From Rhodothermales bacterium (GTDB lineage Bacteria; Bacteroidota; Rhodothermia; Rhodothermales; BA12), in assembly GCA_963841855.1 (NCBI GenBank), contig CAWJEJ010000001.1, positions 1,109,793 through 1,173,792 of the forward strand: a stretch of DNA of 64,000 bases, given 5' to 3'. Below are positions 1 through 13,678 of the stretch, in pieces. The translations under genes were made by a program, and so were the position numbers. Within the stretch, counting starts at the first letter, position 1; each line of letters begins with the position of its first letter. The notes under the pieces are model-generated. The model searched no databases and was not told the origin of the DNA. It was given only the letters and a program-made list of their open reading frames with translations.

Positions 1-593
1 CGCTGGCGCCCCGCGCGGGTGAGCCCTACGCTCATCTGGTGCGCAGCATCACGTCGCAGCAAGTATCGACCGCTGCCGCCCGCACGATCTATGGACGACT
101 GATCGAGTTGCTGACTCAGCACGGCGACCCCGACGATCCAGTCACCCTCGCCAGCCTCGACCTCGACACGCTCCGCACGGCGGGTGTCTCACGCGGCAAG
201 GCCATCTCGATAAGCGATTTGGCGGATAAATCGCTCGACGGCACTGTTCCCACTCGCATGGCCATGGAAGCAATGGACGACGCCGAACTCGTCGAGCGGC
301 TGACACGCGTGCGCGGCATCGGTGAGTGGACAGCCCACATGCTGCTGATTTTCACGCTTCACCGTCCCGACGTGCTGCCGCTCGGCGATCTAGCTGTCCG
401 CCAGGGCTTCGCGCTCGTCTACGGCGGGCAAGACGCCGGACTGTCGCGCGGCTGGGAGTCCGAGAAAAAGCTCAAGGCCGCTCTCGCCGCCCACGCCGAC
501 GCGCATTGGAGACCTTGGCGCAGTGTCGGCGCGTGGTACTTGTGGCGCGGCTACGAAGCCGTAAGGGCAGGGCGATGGATGCCACCGGCCTAA
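1..593 (+). CDS. DNA-3-methyladenine glycosylase II family (HhH-GPD), 5'-partial at window edge
   Basis: The frame is open from nt 3. It has an HhH-GPD-like segment (LRTAGVSRGKA...VRGIGEWTAHMLLIFTLHRPDVLPLGDLAVRQGF). The track ORF starts at an internal GTG at 39. Confidence 0.8.
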   Translation, partial: LAPRAGEPYAHLVRSITSQQVSTAAARTIYGRLIELLTQHGDPDDPVTLASLDLDTLRTAGVSRGKAISISDLADKSLDGTVPTRMAMEAMDDAELVERLTRVRGIGEWTAHMLLIFTLHRPDVLPLGDLAVRQGFALVYGGQDAGLSRGWESEKKLKAALAAHADAHWRPWRSVGAWYLWRGYEAVRAGRWMPPA

Positions 594-951
594 CGCGGCC
601 TGCGCGGTCTTCTGAAACTAGGCGCACGATGGTTCGCGAAACTGGGCCTCCGCTGTTCTTTCAGATGCGACAGGCAGCCCAGATCGAGACTGATACGCGT
701 CAGATGGACGGCGTCCCGAGTGCGACTGGCGTTTGGGCAATCCGCGCGCCACATGGACGATTCGATGATTCGTCCGCCGTAGCCGTGTGAAGTTGGAGGC
801 ATGCGTTGCCCACGGAAAGTAGAGTCACGCCCGGGCCGCCACAGGGACTGGGCGAGTGGCGGTCGCGCTACGATAGACGCCCAACGGTTCGCGTTGGCAG
901 CCGCGAGAGCCCGAACTACGTCATCGCGTAGGTGCGCCGTGCCAGCACAGC

Positions 952-1635
952 ATGTATCCTTTCGGTCGACCCGCTTCGCCCATGCCTGATCTCGATTCGA
1001 CCCTCCGCCTCGACGTTTGGATTGTAGAAGACGATTCACGGTACACCGACACCGTTTGCTTGGCGCTCGACGGCGCCGAAGGCGTGCAGTGCGGGCGCCA
1101 GTTCGAAACCGTGTTCGATCTGATTGAAGCGATCGAGACGGATTCCATGCCCGATGTGTTGCTGCTCGACGTCCACCTGCCTGGCCTGAGCGGGCTCGAC
1201 GCGCTGCCCATGCTGCGTCGCCGCCTGCCTGCGACGCCTGTCGTGATGCTGACCATTTCGGACAACGCCGATCTGATCTTCCGCGCTTTTCGCGCGGGCG
1301 CCAGTGGCTACCTCACCAAAGACGCCAACCTCGACCAGGTGCTGGCCGCTGTCCGAGAGGCGGCGCGCGGGGGCACGCTGATGCCCGCCTTCGTCGCCAG
1401 CAAAGTGCTCGACTTTCTGTTACACGAGCCCGCACCCGACCAAAACGACCTGAGCGGCCGCGAAAAAGATGTGCTCGCCTTGATGGCCGACGGGCTGACC
1501 AAGGAAGCCATCGCCAGCCGCGTCGACGTGAGCCGCCACACCGTCGACTATCACATTCGCAGCATCTATGGTAAGCTGCACGTGCAGAGCGGCGTGCAGG
1601 CCGTCGCCCGAGCCATTCGCCGAGGCTTGATTTAG
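952..1635 (+). CDS. Response regulator, NarL/LuxR family (REC + LuxR-type HTH)
   Basis: REC motifs (VWIVEDD, DVLLLDVHLPGLSG, GASGYLTKD) and a C-terminal LuxR HTH (LSGREKDVLALMADGLTKEAIASRVDVSRHTVDYHIRSIYGKL). An alternative ATG at 982 is possible. Confidence 0.85.
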   Translation: MYPFGRPASPMPDLDSTLRLDVWIVEDDSRYTDTVCLALDGAEGVQCGRQFETVFDLIEAIETDSMPDVLLLDVHLPGLSGLDALPMLRRRLPATPVVMLTISDNADLIFRAFRAGASGYLTKDANLDQVLAAVREAARGGTLMPAFVASKVLDFLLHEPAPDQNDLSGREKDVLALMADGLTKEAIASRVDVSRHTVDYHIRSIYGKLHVQSGVQAVARAIRRGLI

Positions 1636-2126
1636 GCCCCTGCCTTGGACAATGCCTGCCGCTTTGCCCCTATGACCCTACACGAGACACGATCCAGCAT
1701 CCCATTCCGCCCGGCCCGCTGGGCCCGGCGCGTGAGTTGTCACCAGACTCAGCGCCCGCGCTCTTCCTGGGCGGCGTCGTCCTGCGAAAGCGGAATCCTC
1801 TCTACCTCTCGATTTGCAGCACGCGCCCTAATCCGTAGCGCGCCGTGCCTCTTCTACACCCGGCGCGGCCCCTTTCGCCGCTCGGATCGCTACTCGTCCT
1901 AAACGAGACGACTGGGCAGATCGACTGTGGGAAGTCGGACTGCCTCGGGAGGTGCCGCTCGTGGTGGACGGCATCTCCTTTTTTTGGGTCCACGACTGGC
2001 CGCCGACTGCTGACCCGGCATCCGTGCGCGCTCGCCCCCTTCTGCAGAACATCGACCGACTTTCGGCTTGGAGAGCATCTGGGCACGCGTAGCTTGGACG
2101 TCCCGTCCACGTCTCACGCCCTCCCG

Positions 2127-4079
2127 ATGCCGGTGCGTTTTCTCCTGCTTCTGCTCGTCCTCGCCCTTCCGGCAGCCGCGCAGCCCGCCGCTCAGCCGCT
2201 CGCCAGCGTGTCGCCCGAGCTGGCCGAGTTGCTGCTGCATGTCCACAGTGAGATGTGCGAGCGGCACGTGACGTTCGAGGGGGGACGCCCGGTCCTGTGG
2301 CACACGCTGCTGGCCAAAGATTCAACTGCCAACACGATCGTCGACGAATCGCGCCTGCTGAGCGGACTGGGACCACTGCTCGACAAGCAGGCGCAGCAAT
2401 CGGCGACGTTTCAGGTGCGCTACTCGTCCAATTTTCCTACCGCAGCGCGTGCCTCCTTCTCGTTTGCGGCCAACATCTGGGCAACGCACGTCACGTCCAA
2501 CGCTCCCATCGTGATTGACGCCGAATGGGCTTCGCTGGGCGAGCGCGTGCTGGGATCGGCAGGAACGACGTTCCTGTTTCGCGACGAGCCGTTTCTGCCG
2601 CGCGGAGCCACGTGGTATCCGGCTGCTCTGGCCGAGTCTCTGGCCCGGCGCAGTCTGACCGGCGCTGACGCCGACGTGACGGCTCGGTTCAACTCCGAAT
2701 TTCCCAACTGGTATTTCGGCACGGACCGCAACACGCCCGCCAGCGACTACAACTTCGCCACGGTCGTACTGCACGAGATCGGACACGGGCTGGGCTTTTT
2801 CGACAGCTTCAGCTACGACGACGGCGACAGCAGCAACGGCGCCGAATGCAACGGGCAGGTCGGCATCGGATGCTTCGGCTTGGCGGCCAACGACGGATCG
2901 TCCTCGCCGGTAATCTTCGACCGCTTTCTCAAGGACCGCAGCGAGCGCGCCCTGCTCACGTTCGACACCAACTCGGCCGCGCTGGGCAATGCGCTCCAGA
3001 GCCGAGGCGTGTTCTTCGACGGATTTGCGCTGCGCAGCGCCAACGACGAGCTGCCCGTTCAACTCTTCGCTCCGTCGAACTTCGAAGCCGGATCGTCTAT
3101 CGCGCACCTCGACGAGACGATCTTTCCGGCTGGCACGCCCAACTCGCTGATGACGCCCCAACTGGCGCGCCAGGAGACCATCTACAGCCCCGGCTCGTTC
3201 ACGTGCGCCATTTTCGCCGACATCGGCTGGCGCCTGGGCGCCGACTGCGAACTGCTGCTCAGCCGCCTGCTCACCTCGTTTTCGGCTATCGCCAACGGCT
3301 GCACCGTCGAGCTCGACTTCCAAATCGCTATCTCTGACGTGGCTCGCGTCGTAGTCGAGCGATCGCTCGATCAAGGGCCTTTTCAGGACGTGTTCGCAGC
3401 CGACTCCCCGACGACGACCAGCGTCCTCCGCTTCGCCGATCCGGGACTGGCGCCGGGTTCGTACCGCTACCGTCTACGCCTCGTCCAGAACGACGGCTCA
3501 GTCGAGACGAGCGGCTCCACGACCGTCGAGGCGCAGATCGCGCAGCCCACGTTCAGCGTGTCGAATGACGACGTCTCGATCGGACTGATGGTGGGCAACT
3601 GCGCCATTGATCAGATCGTCGTCGAGCGCAGATACTTCGGCGACGCGTTCGAGGCGGTGGGCACAATTCAGGTCGCCGATGATGCTACGGCGACGTTCCC
3701 CGACCTCGACCTCGCTCCGGGCCGTTACTTCTACCGCTTCCGGCTCATCCCGGCGACGGGAGCGCCTACGCTGTTCACCGTCAACGAAGAGGTTGAGGTG
3801 ACCACGTCGGAAGACGTGTTCGCCATGACGACGCGCCCCAACCCGTTCACTCGCCAGGCGACGGTAGACCTGGTCGTGCGCACGCGTCAGGACGTGGACG
3901 CGCGTCTCTATGATGCCTTGGGACGGCTCATCTCGCGACCGTTCAGCGGATCGGTGGGAAGCAACCAGCGCGCGCGCATCGTCATCGACGGCGCGCGGCT
4001 TGGGGCGGGCGTCTACTTCCTCCGGGTCAAGGGCGAGGAGTTCGAGATCATGGAGACGCTCGTACGCGCCGGTGGCTGA
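2127..4079 (+). CDS. Secreted zinc metalloprotease-like protein with T9SS C-terminal sorting domain
   Basis: The ATG at 2127 gives a signal peptide (MPVRFLLLLLVLALPAAAQ). It has a zincin motif (VVLHEIGHGLGF) and a Por-type tail (TRPNPFTRQATVDL...GVYFLRVKGEEFEIMETLVRAGG). The track ORF start at 1845 is an over-extension. Confidence 0.7.
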   Translation: MPVRFLLLLLVLALPAAAQPAAQPLASVSPELAELLLHVHSEMCERHVTFEGGRPVLWHTLLAKDSTANTIVDESRLLSGLGPLLDKQAQQSATFQVRYSSNFPTAARASFSFAANIWATHVTSNAPIVIDAEWASLGERVLGSAGTTFLFRDEPFLPRGATWYPAALAESLARRSLTGADADVTARFNSEFPNWYFGTDRNTPASDYNFATVVLHEIGHGLGFFDSFSYDDGDSSNGAECNGQVGIGCFGLAANDGSSSPVIFDRFLKDRSERALLTFDTNSAALGNALQSRGVFFDGFALRSANDELPVQLFAPSNFEAGSSIAHLDETIFPAGTPNSLMTPQLARQETIYSPGSFTCAIFADIGWRLGADCELLLSRLLTSFSAIANGCTVELDFQIAISDVARVVVERSLDQGPFQDVFAADSPTTTSVLRFADPGLAPGSYRYRLRLVQNDGSVETSGSTTVEAQIAQPTFSVSNDDVSIGLMVGNCAIDQIVVERRYFGDAFEAVGTIQVADDATATFPDLDLAPGRYFYRFRLIPATGAPTLFTVNEEVEVTTSEDVFAMTTRPNPFTRQATVDLVVRTRQDVDARLYDALGRLISRPFSGSVGSNQRARIVIDGARLGAGVYFLRVKGEEFEIMETLVRAGG

Positions 4080-5400
4080 CGCGACTGCTTTGCCTGCTTG
4101 CCTCTGGGGCGCCATCCTGGCATGCGCCGTCCTTCTGGGAGGATGCGACCGCGCCTTCGTGCCCGTCGTACCGCCCGACGTGCGCGTCGTAGCGCCGACC
4201 GATCTGGACGCGGTGCGCGAGAGCGACTCGCTCGACGTTGTCCTGCAAGCTACCTCGTTCCGTCCCATCGCCGACGTGCGCGCCGGAGACGTCGTCTTGA
4301 CGCGCGTCGGCGCTACCAACCGGTGGAGCGGGCGCGTCGCTCTGGGCAGAGGTCTCAACGTGCTCCCACTCACCGCGCGCGATTCGGAAGGCGTCGTGGG
4401 TAGCGACACCGCGTTCGTCTACCGCCTGGCGCTCACCCAAACCCAGATGGCAGCCTTGCCTTCGGCACGTGGCGGCCTGACGATCACGCGTTTGGCCGGC
4501 GGCGCGCTGCTGGCTGTGGGAGGATCGAACTTGCTAGGTGCCGCTTCGTCCGACGCGTGGACGCTCGCGCCCGGTGCGACTCGGTGGCAGCCAGTAGCGG
4601 GCGGGATGACGACGCCCAGAACCGGGCACACAGCGACGCTGCTGGGCGACGGCCGCGTGCTGATCGTCGGAGGAAGCAGCCGCAGCACACCGACCGACCT
4701 GAGTCAGTTCGTCGAGACGATCGAAGCCTACGACCCGGCGGCGGGCGGCTTCGCTGCGGTCCCGCTCGCCGGAGCGCCCATCCTACGCGCGCGCCACACC
4801 GCCTTCTTGCGCACGGTGTCGGGCATCCCGATCGTTGAATTGGTGGGGGGCAGAGGCAACATCGCCCTTCTGCCCGATCGTAGGTTGGGCGTTCGCGAGG
4901 ACGTGCGCTCGCTCGCTGTTCGGGCAGACCGCGTCCAGGCGCTCCTCCCCTCGGGCGAGACGGGACAAGGCGTGCCCGCCGAACCCATCGAAGGTCACGC
5001 CACGATTGATGTGGGAATGCCGGACGCGCCTCTTTTTCGCACGTCCGGCGCCGCGCTCATCGGCGACGAGGCGATCCGCCAGGCCTTTGCGTTTGTCATC
5101 GTGCGAGACGAACTGCGCTTCGCGGGTACCCCTCTGCCGCGCATCGGGCGGTTTCGGTCGGCCTACGCGGCTGGATTGCAGGGCGAGATGTGGACAGCGG
5201 GCGGACAGTCGGCGGGTGGCGCGATCGCCCCCGATGCCGATCTCTACGCCCAGCGTGCTCGGCGCTCGTTCGGAGTCGCGACCGGTGCCGGCGTGTTCGG
5301 AGGCGCGGGCTACTCGGACGGTGCGGGAGGGCTGTGCGTCATCGGCGGTTTCGACGCGTCGGGCGCCGCCGTCGACCGGCACGTGTGCTGGATTCGGTAA
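4072..5400 (+). CDS. Putative lipoprotein with Kelch-like beta-propeller repeats
   Basis: Lipobox-like N-terminus (ACAVLLGGCD) after a GTG at 4072 or TTG at 4090. It has repeated motifs of the type TPRTGHTATLLGDGRVLIVGGSS. The start is uncertain and overlaps the upstream stop. Confidence 0.5.
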   Translation: MADATALPACLWGAILACAVLLGGCDRAFVPVVPPDVRVVAPTDLDAVRESDSLDVVLQATSFRPIADVRAGDVVLTRVGATNRWSGRVALGRGLNVLPLTARDSEGVVGSDTAFVYRLALTQTQMAALPSARGGLTITRLAGGALLAVGGSNLLGAASSDAWTLAPGATRWQPVAGGMTTPRTGHTATLLGDGRVLIVGGSSRSTPTDLSQFVETIEAYDPAAGGFAAVPLAGAPILRARHTAFLRTVSGIPIVELVGGRGNIALLPDRRLGVREDVRSLAVRADRVQALLPSGETGQGVPAEPIEGHATIDVGMPDAPLFRTSGAALIGDEAIRQAFAFVIVRDELRFAGTPLPRIGRFRSAYAAGLQGEMWTAGGQSAGGAIAPDADLYAQRARRSFGVATGAGVFGGAGYSDGAGGLCVIGGFDASGAAVDRHVCWIR

Positions 5401-5574
5401 CGCCTCATCCGCCTCAGCAACCACCTGATACACAACAGGTTACCTCGCCCGCCCGTTCGCCTTGCACGCACCGATCCTACGCCCCTCTGTGAAGCGCAAA
5501 AAAAGATCGGAGCCGACCCTAACCTTCCCGTCGCTGCTCTCGTACCGCATCGACAGCCCTTCGCCCGCCTTGTC

Positions 5575-5763
5575 ATGGATACTCAACAGCTTCTCCGCGC
5601 CGCCATCGTCGCCATCGTCCTGATCGGCGCGCTCGTGTTGCTGGGCGTCATTCTCAATCTAGCGATCCCGTTTCTAGGTTTCGTCCTGAAATTCCTGCTC
5701 GCCGCGCTGCTGATCGTGATGGTCATCCGCTTCGTCACGCTGTGGAGCAGAGAGCGCCGATAG
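5575..5763 (+). CDS. Small hydrophobic membrane protein (62 aa, about 2 TM)
   Basis: Almost entirely hydrophobic with a basic C-terminus (WSRERR), and a rho-independent terminator lies downstream. No family recognised. Confidence 0.45.
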   Translation: MDTQQLLRAAIVAIVLIGALVLLGVILNLAIPFLGFVLKFLLAALLIVMVIRFVTLWSRERR

Positions 5764-5821
5764 GACGTGCTTCCGAGACCCGAGACGCCCCTCGCATGGA
5801 GCGCGCTCTTTCCTCCTTTCG

Positions 5822-5857
5822 AGCCTGCCGTGTCCTCGTGACTTGGCAGGCTTTTTC
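5822..5857 (+). terminator. Rho-independent terminator
   Basis: AGCCTGCC (5822-5829) pairs with GGCAGGCT (5845-5852) and is followed by a T-run. Confidence 0.6.
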
Positions 5858-5981
5858 GTGCGACTCGCCCGAACGGCACGGCGCGCTACACTTCTGACCC
5901 CCTGCCGGCCGAGAGATCGCACTACGTGCTCGAACGCAGAGCGCGGAGGCGTAGATTGAGGGCCGAACAAACGCCTCTCCC

Positions 5982-7253
5982 ATGTCTGAAATCTCGACCG
6001 CCCCCCGCTCCGACACGCCCACCGTCCGCCTCAACGTCGACTCGGAAACAGCACCGCTCGAACGCGTGATCGTGCACACGCCGGGCGAAGAGATGAGCCT
6101 CGTGCTGCCGGACGAGCGCGAAGAACTGCTCTTCGACGACGTGCTCTACGTCGAGCAGGCGCGCGAGGAGCACGAGCAGATGTGCGCCGTCTACCGCAAA
6201 GTCATCGGCGACGACGGCGACGTGATGCAAATCGGCGAGCTGCTGCACCAGGCGTTCCACGAGGACGCGGCGCGGTCTGCTTTCGTCAACGGACTGGCCG
6301 ACGTGTCGCCCGAGCGCAACCTGCATGCGTTCGAGAGCAAGCTCGTGCGGATGTCGCCCGACGAGTTGTACCGCTTCGCGATGACGGGCAAGTCGCTTCT
6401 GCCCGTCCACCTCGACCCCGTTCCCAACCTCCTGTTCACGCGCGACGTGGCGGCCGTCGTCGGCGACCACATGCTCCTGAGCCATCCGGCGACCGGCGCG
6501 CGCAGCCGAGAGAGCGTCATCATGCGCACCGTCGTCAACCACCACCCGGCGTTCGCGGGCATGCGCGACGAACTGATCGAATTGCCCCAGGGCGTCACGT
6601 TTGAGGGCGGCGACTTGGTCGTGGCGGGCAACCGCACCATCCTGATTGGGCACAGCGAGCGCACGTCGTTTTCGGGCGTCATGGCAATCGCCGAAGCCCT
6701 GTTCGAGCGCGACGCCGTCGACCACGTCGTCATGGTCGATCTGCCCAAGCGGCGCTACTGCATGCACCTCGACACCGTCTTCAACTTTATCAGCGACGAC
6801 GAGTGCATCGTATTTCCGCCGTTCTTCGACGGCAGCCGTCCGGGCAACGTCGTCCACTTCAGCCGCTCGGACAGCAAGGGGCGCTTCTACTCGGAACTCA
6901 CGACGGGCCTCAAGGAAAAGCTGGAGCAGCTTCTCGAACGCGAACTGACGTTCCTCTCGTGCGGCGGCAACGACCCGGTCAACCAGCGCCGCGAGCAGTG
7001 GACGGACGGCGCCAACTTCTTTGCTCTGGCGCCGGGCGTCGTGATGGGCTACGAGCGCAACCACAACACCTACGAGCAGCTTCAGCGCGCCGGATACCGC
7101 GTCGTGACGGCAGAGGGCTTCCTCCACTACCATGCCGAGAGCACGTTCGCTCGGGGCGAGAAGATCGCGGTCAAGATGGGCGGTATGGAGCTTTCGCGCG
7201 GACGCGGCGGCCCTCGCTGCATGACGCTGCCGCTGGCTCGATCGTCGAACTGA
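5982..7253 (+). CDS. arcA: Arginine deiminase
   Basis: 423 aa. The N-terminus (VDSETAPLERVIVHTPGEE) and the C-terminal catalytic Cys context (GGPRCMTLPL) are typical of the arginine deiminase / amidinotransferase fold. Confidence 0.85.
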   Translation: MSEISTAPRSDTPTVRLNVDSETAPLERVIVHTPGEEMSLVLPDEREELLFDDVLYVEQAREEHEQMCAVYRKVIGDDGDVMQIGELLHQAFHEDAARSAFVNGLADVSPERNLHAFESKLVRMSPDELYRFAMTGKSLLPVHLDPVPNLLFTRDVAAVVGDHMLLSHPATGARSRESVIMRTVVNHHPAFAGMRDELIELPQGVTFEGGDLVVAGNRTILIGHSERTSFSGVMAIAEALFERDAVDHVVMVDLPKRRYCMHLDTVFNFISDDECIVFPPFFDGSRPGNVVHFSRSDSKGRFYSELTTGLKEKLEQLLERELTFLSCGGNDPVNQRREQWTDGANFFALAPGVVMGYERNHNTYEQLQRAGYRVVTAEGFLHYHAESTFARGEKIAVKMGGMELSRGRGGPRCMTLPLARSSN

Positions 7254-7390
7254 CCGGCGTTCGGCGAAACGCAAAAACGCACATCTACGTTTGTGAAACG
7301 AATGTGTAGGCAGAAGCGGTTCACGGCACCTTCGCATCGCTTCGATGTTGAGGGCTTACCTCCGCCACCTTGTCCATTGGAGGTTCTACC

Positions 7391-7492
7391 ATGGCTACCA
7401 AAAAGCCCGCCTCACCGCCCAAAAGCACACCCGCCAAAGGCGCCCCGAAAACCGAGAAACCGCAGGCCAAGAAAGGAGCGAAGAGCAAGTAA
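7391..7492 (+). CDS. 33-aa Lys/Pro/Ala-rich basic peptide (below the ORF-track cut-off)
   Basis: An ATG at 7391 is preceded by GGAGG (7379-7383). It translates to MATKKPASPPKSTPAKGAPKTEKPQAKKGAKSK, with a TAA at 7490-7492 and a strong terminator 33 nt downstream. Confidence 0.5.
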   Translation: MATKKPASPPKSTPAKGAPKTEKPQAKKGAKSK

Positions 7493-7524
7493 CTGCTCCC
7501 GTCCGTCGTGAAGGACCGGCTCGA

Positions 7525-7560
7525 GGCGAAGCAGATTCCGATCTGCTTCGCCTTTTTCTT
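7525..7560 (+). terminator. Rho-independent terminator
   Basis: GGCGAAGCAGAT (7525-7536), loop TCCG, ATCTGCTTCGCC (7541-7552), then TTTTTCTT. Confidence 0.75.
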
Positions 7561-7922
7561 CGGAGGCCGCAAAGAGACGAACCGGCTTGCCCCTCCACCA
7601 GATAGTCGACATCTTTCGGACGCGCCACTCCGCTCTCTGACGCGTCGCCTTTTCCCCCTACCGCTGCTCCTAATCGCGTGCGACTCCAACGAGTGAGCCG
7701 ACGTTCATCGAACCAACGGATCTCGCATCATTCTCGAATGAGCCAACGCCGCTGGTCGGCTCGTGGCGATTGGTCAAGTCCATTCTTTTGGCACTAAGAG
7801 CAATCTGCTGATCGGCTTTCAGGATCACCTGGACGGACCGGAAGACCACTGCGAGCGCATCCGCTGAGAGCTGGAAGGGGGCGGATGTGATAACTTGGAT
7901 CGGTCATCAACCTTCCACTGCC

Positions 7923-10034
<2,112 letters not shown>

Positions 10035-10146
10035 CGTAGGACCGGGTGGCGTTGCGCGCTTGCTTTTGTCTCGCCTCAAGGCAGGCGTCCCTACCCGGCA
10101 GCGCTAACTTGCACATTGCCAGCACATCGTCAACACCCCGACCGCC

Positions 10147-10557
10147 ATGTCCAAACCCATCGTCCACGCCCTGAGCAGCGCTCGCCGGTGGGGCGGCGTG
10201 TCCACCGACTACCTGCCCATTCACGACCTGATGGACAGCACTAAGAGCGTGCTCGCCGACAACCGCCACCGCGCGTTGACGCACAATGCGTGGTTCATCG
10301 GCACGATCATCGAAAGGGTGTTCGGCCACACCTTGATCACGAGCGACGGGCAGCAGGTGTCCACGCGCGATGTAGCCGAGCAGCACGTGATGGAGGACTT
10401 CGGCGGACGGTTCTTGCCGACGGCTCAAGACTGGCTCGAATCCGTTCCACACGAACCGTGGATGGACGGTCGAGGCACACCACCCTCGCGCCGCAACGCC
10501 TCGCCAGATGGAGTCCTGCCCGGGCATATCACGGCCGAGTTTCCGATGAGCGACTGA
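10147..10557 (+). CDS. Conserved hypothetical protein (136 aa)
   Basis: The N-terminal half (HALSSARRWGG..DYLPIHDLMDSTK...DNRHRALTHNAWFI...FG) resembles a short DUF-type family I recall from proteobacteria and phages, possibly the one catalogued as DUF6915; I am not certain of that identifier. Its stop overlaps the next ATG. Confidence 0.6.
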   Translation: MSKPIVHALSSARRWGGVSTDYLPIHDLMDSTKSVLADNRHRALTHNAWFIGTIIERVFGHTLITSDGQQVSTRDVAEQHVMEDFGGRFLPTAQDWLESVPHEPWMDGRGTPPSRRNASPDGVLPGHITAEFPMSD

Positions 10558-11969
10558 TGCGCTCCAATCACGACCTTTCCGCCGCGGGAGCCGACCTGCT
10601 CCGGTTTATCCGCGACGAGCGTCAATGCCTCTGCGCGGTCCGCGACCAGTTGCGCGACGTCAACATTCAGATCTTCCGCGCTCACACCAGACAGGTGCTC
10701 ACGCAGCACTCTGCACTCCACCGCTTCACCCTGGAGCAAGCCACCACCTACGGCGACGACTGGTGGTATTTCTATGGCCCCACACTCGTGCTCAACGACA
10801 GCGTCCAGGTGTATGCGCGCAGGATTCCATCAGGAACCGACGACTCTTCCATTCTCGACATAGGACTGGATCCAATCGACAAGGTTGACCTGCCGGCCAC
10901 GCCGAAGGAGTCCGGTAAAAACTGGAAAACGCGCCAGGAGGCCATCACTGCCCATTTCGGCGCGCTTCTGCCTGCCGCCAGCGATATCGTGCGCACGATC
11001 GGATCCGAATCGGCGGATTGGAGCGAGCGCGCGTACGTCGACACTTTCGGTTACCACGCGCAAGTCGAGGTCGACCGAGACGTATTCCGCATCCGCCGCT
11101 CGTTCAAGCCCGAGGACGCTGGCTGGGTGACCCACGAGTACGATTACCTCGACCTGCTGCCCTTCGAGATACAGGCCGCCACCGGCACGTATGCCGACGC
11201 CCCCGAACGTGCTCACCTCGTCTCGCAACTGCAAGAGTCCGACGCCCGCGTCGCCGAGCGGATGCTTGACGCCATCGCGCCGTCGGTGGAGGCGTGGCGC
11301 GACCAGCATCCCGAAGCGTCACATCACTCGGTAGGCTGGGTGCAAACGCAGATCGGCGTGCGGCGCAGATTCGTCGGTGCCGAGTGGAACCCTTTCCGCT
11401 CGGCGTACGGCATTCCTGGGGTGAACACGGACGCGCTCGGCACGTGGTCCGACGTGATCGGCGATCTGTTTGCCGATCTGCCCTCGGCGGGCGTACGCGC
11501 GCTCTGCGGCCAGCGGGGCGATCTGTCGCTGGTCACGTGGCACGCAGATGGCTCACGCGATGTATCTGCGTTTCAATACATCGCCGACATGCCGTACTGG
11601 GCAGCCGTGCCTCCGCTTGCGGGCCACCACATTCGCCGCGTGCTCGAACTGGCACCCGTCGTTCTACAGGCCACCGCGTCTCACATGCCGCACGTCGACG
11701 GCGCGAACGGTCCTCGCCCTGTCAAAGACGTACTGAAATCCGTGCTGATTCAGGACGGATGGAACGATCACCGCCACCCGCGCGACGGGCACGTCCGCCT
11801 GCTTCTCGCTCGTCCCGAGCGCGTCGCCGACGCAAATCTGAGCGACTGCATCGGCATTCTCGACTATCTCCACTTACCGATGCACCGCGACAGCGTGTGG
11901 CTGCGAGCGGTCCGGCGCGGAGTGTTCGCCAACGTATTTGCGCGCCTCAGCGAGTTGGATACCGGCTGA
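10557..11969 (+). CDS. Hypothetical protein (470 aa), no recognisable domain
   Basis: The ATG at 10557 overlaps the upstream TGA (TGATG). Composition is protein-like and Trp/Asp-rich, and there is no competing ORF. The track ORF start at 10290 is an over-extension. Confidence 0.6.
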   Translation: MRSNHDLSAAGADLLRFIRDERQCLCAVRDQLRDVNIQIFRAHTRQVLTQHSALHRFTLEQATTYGDDWWYFYGPTLVLNDSVQVYARRIPSGTDDSSILDIGLDPIDKVDLPATPKESGKNWKTRQEAITAHFGALLPAASDIVRTIGSESADWSERAYVDTFGYHAQVEVDRDVFRIRRSFKPEDAGWVTHEYDYLDLLPFEIQAATGTYADAPERAHLVSQLQESDARVAERMLDAIAPSVEAWRDQHPEASHHSVGWVQTQIGVRRRFVGAEWNPFRSAYGIPGVNTDALGTWSDVIGDLFADLPSAGVRALCGQRGDLSLVTWHADGSRDVSAFQYIADMPYWAAVPPLAGHHIRRVLELAPVVLQATASHMPHVDGANGPRPVKDVLKSVLIQDGWNDHRHPRDGHVRLLLARPERVADANLSDCIGILDYLHLPMHRDSVWLRAVRRGVFANVFARLSELDTG

Positions 11970-11977
11970 TTGGTCGC

Positions 11978-13678
<1,701 letters not shown>

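Noticed and set aside
2322-3374. A 350-aa minus-strand ORF antisense to the metalloprotease gene. Similar long antisense ORFs lie at 5922-7337, 7935-9575, 12732-13721 and 23795-24805.
   Set aside because: These are typical high-GC shadow ORFs. They are Arg/Ala/Gly/Val-dominated with no motifs, and each is fully overlapped by an opposite-strand gene with clear family signatures.
7287-7294. TACGTTTG, which matches the Bacteroidetes-type -7 promoter box (TAnnTTTG), upstream of the small basic ORF.
   Set aside because: It is a single 8-mer match without a convincing -33 element at the right spacing. I also do not know the promoter consensus for this lineage.
7700-7800. A possible lipocalin-like gene remnant (..PLVGSWRLVKS..) in the lower-GC spacer upstream of prolyl oligopeptidase.
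   Set aside because: Only about 28 codons are open, there is no start codon, and the match is a single short motif. This is insufficient evidence.
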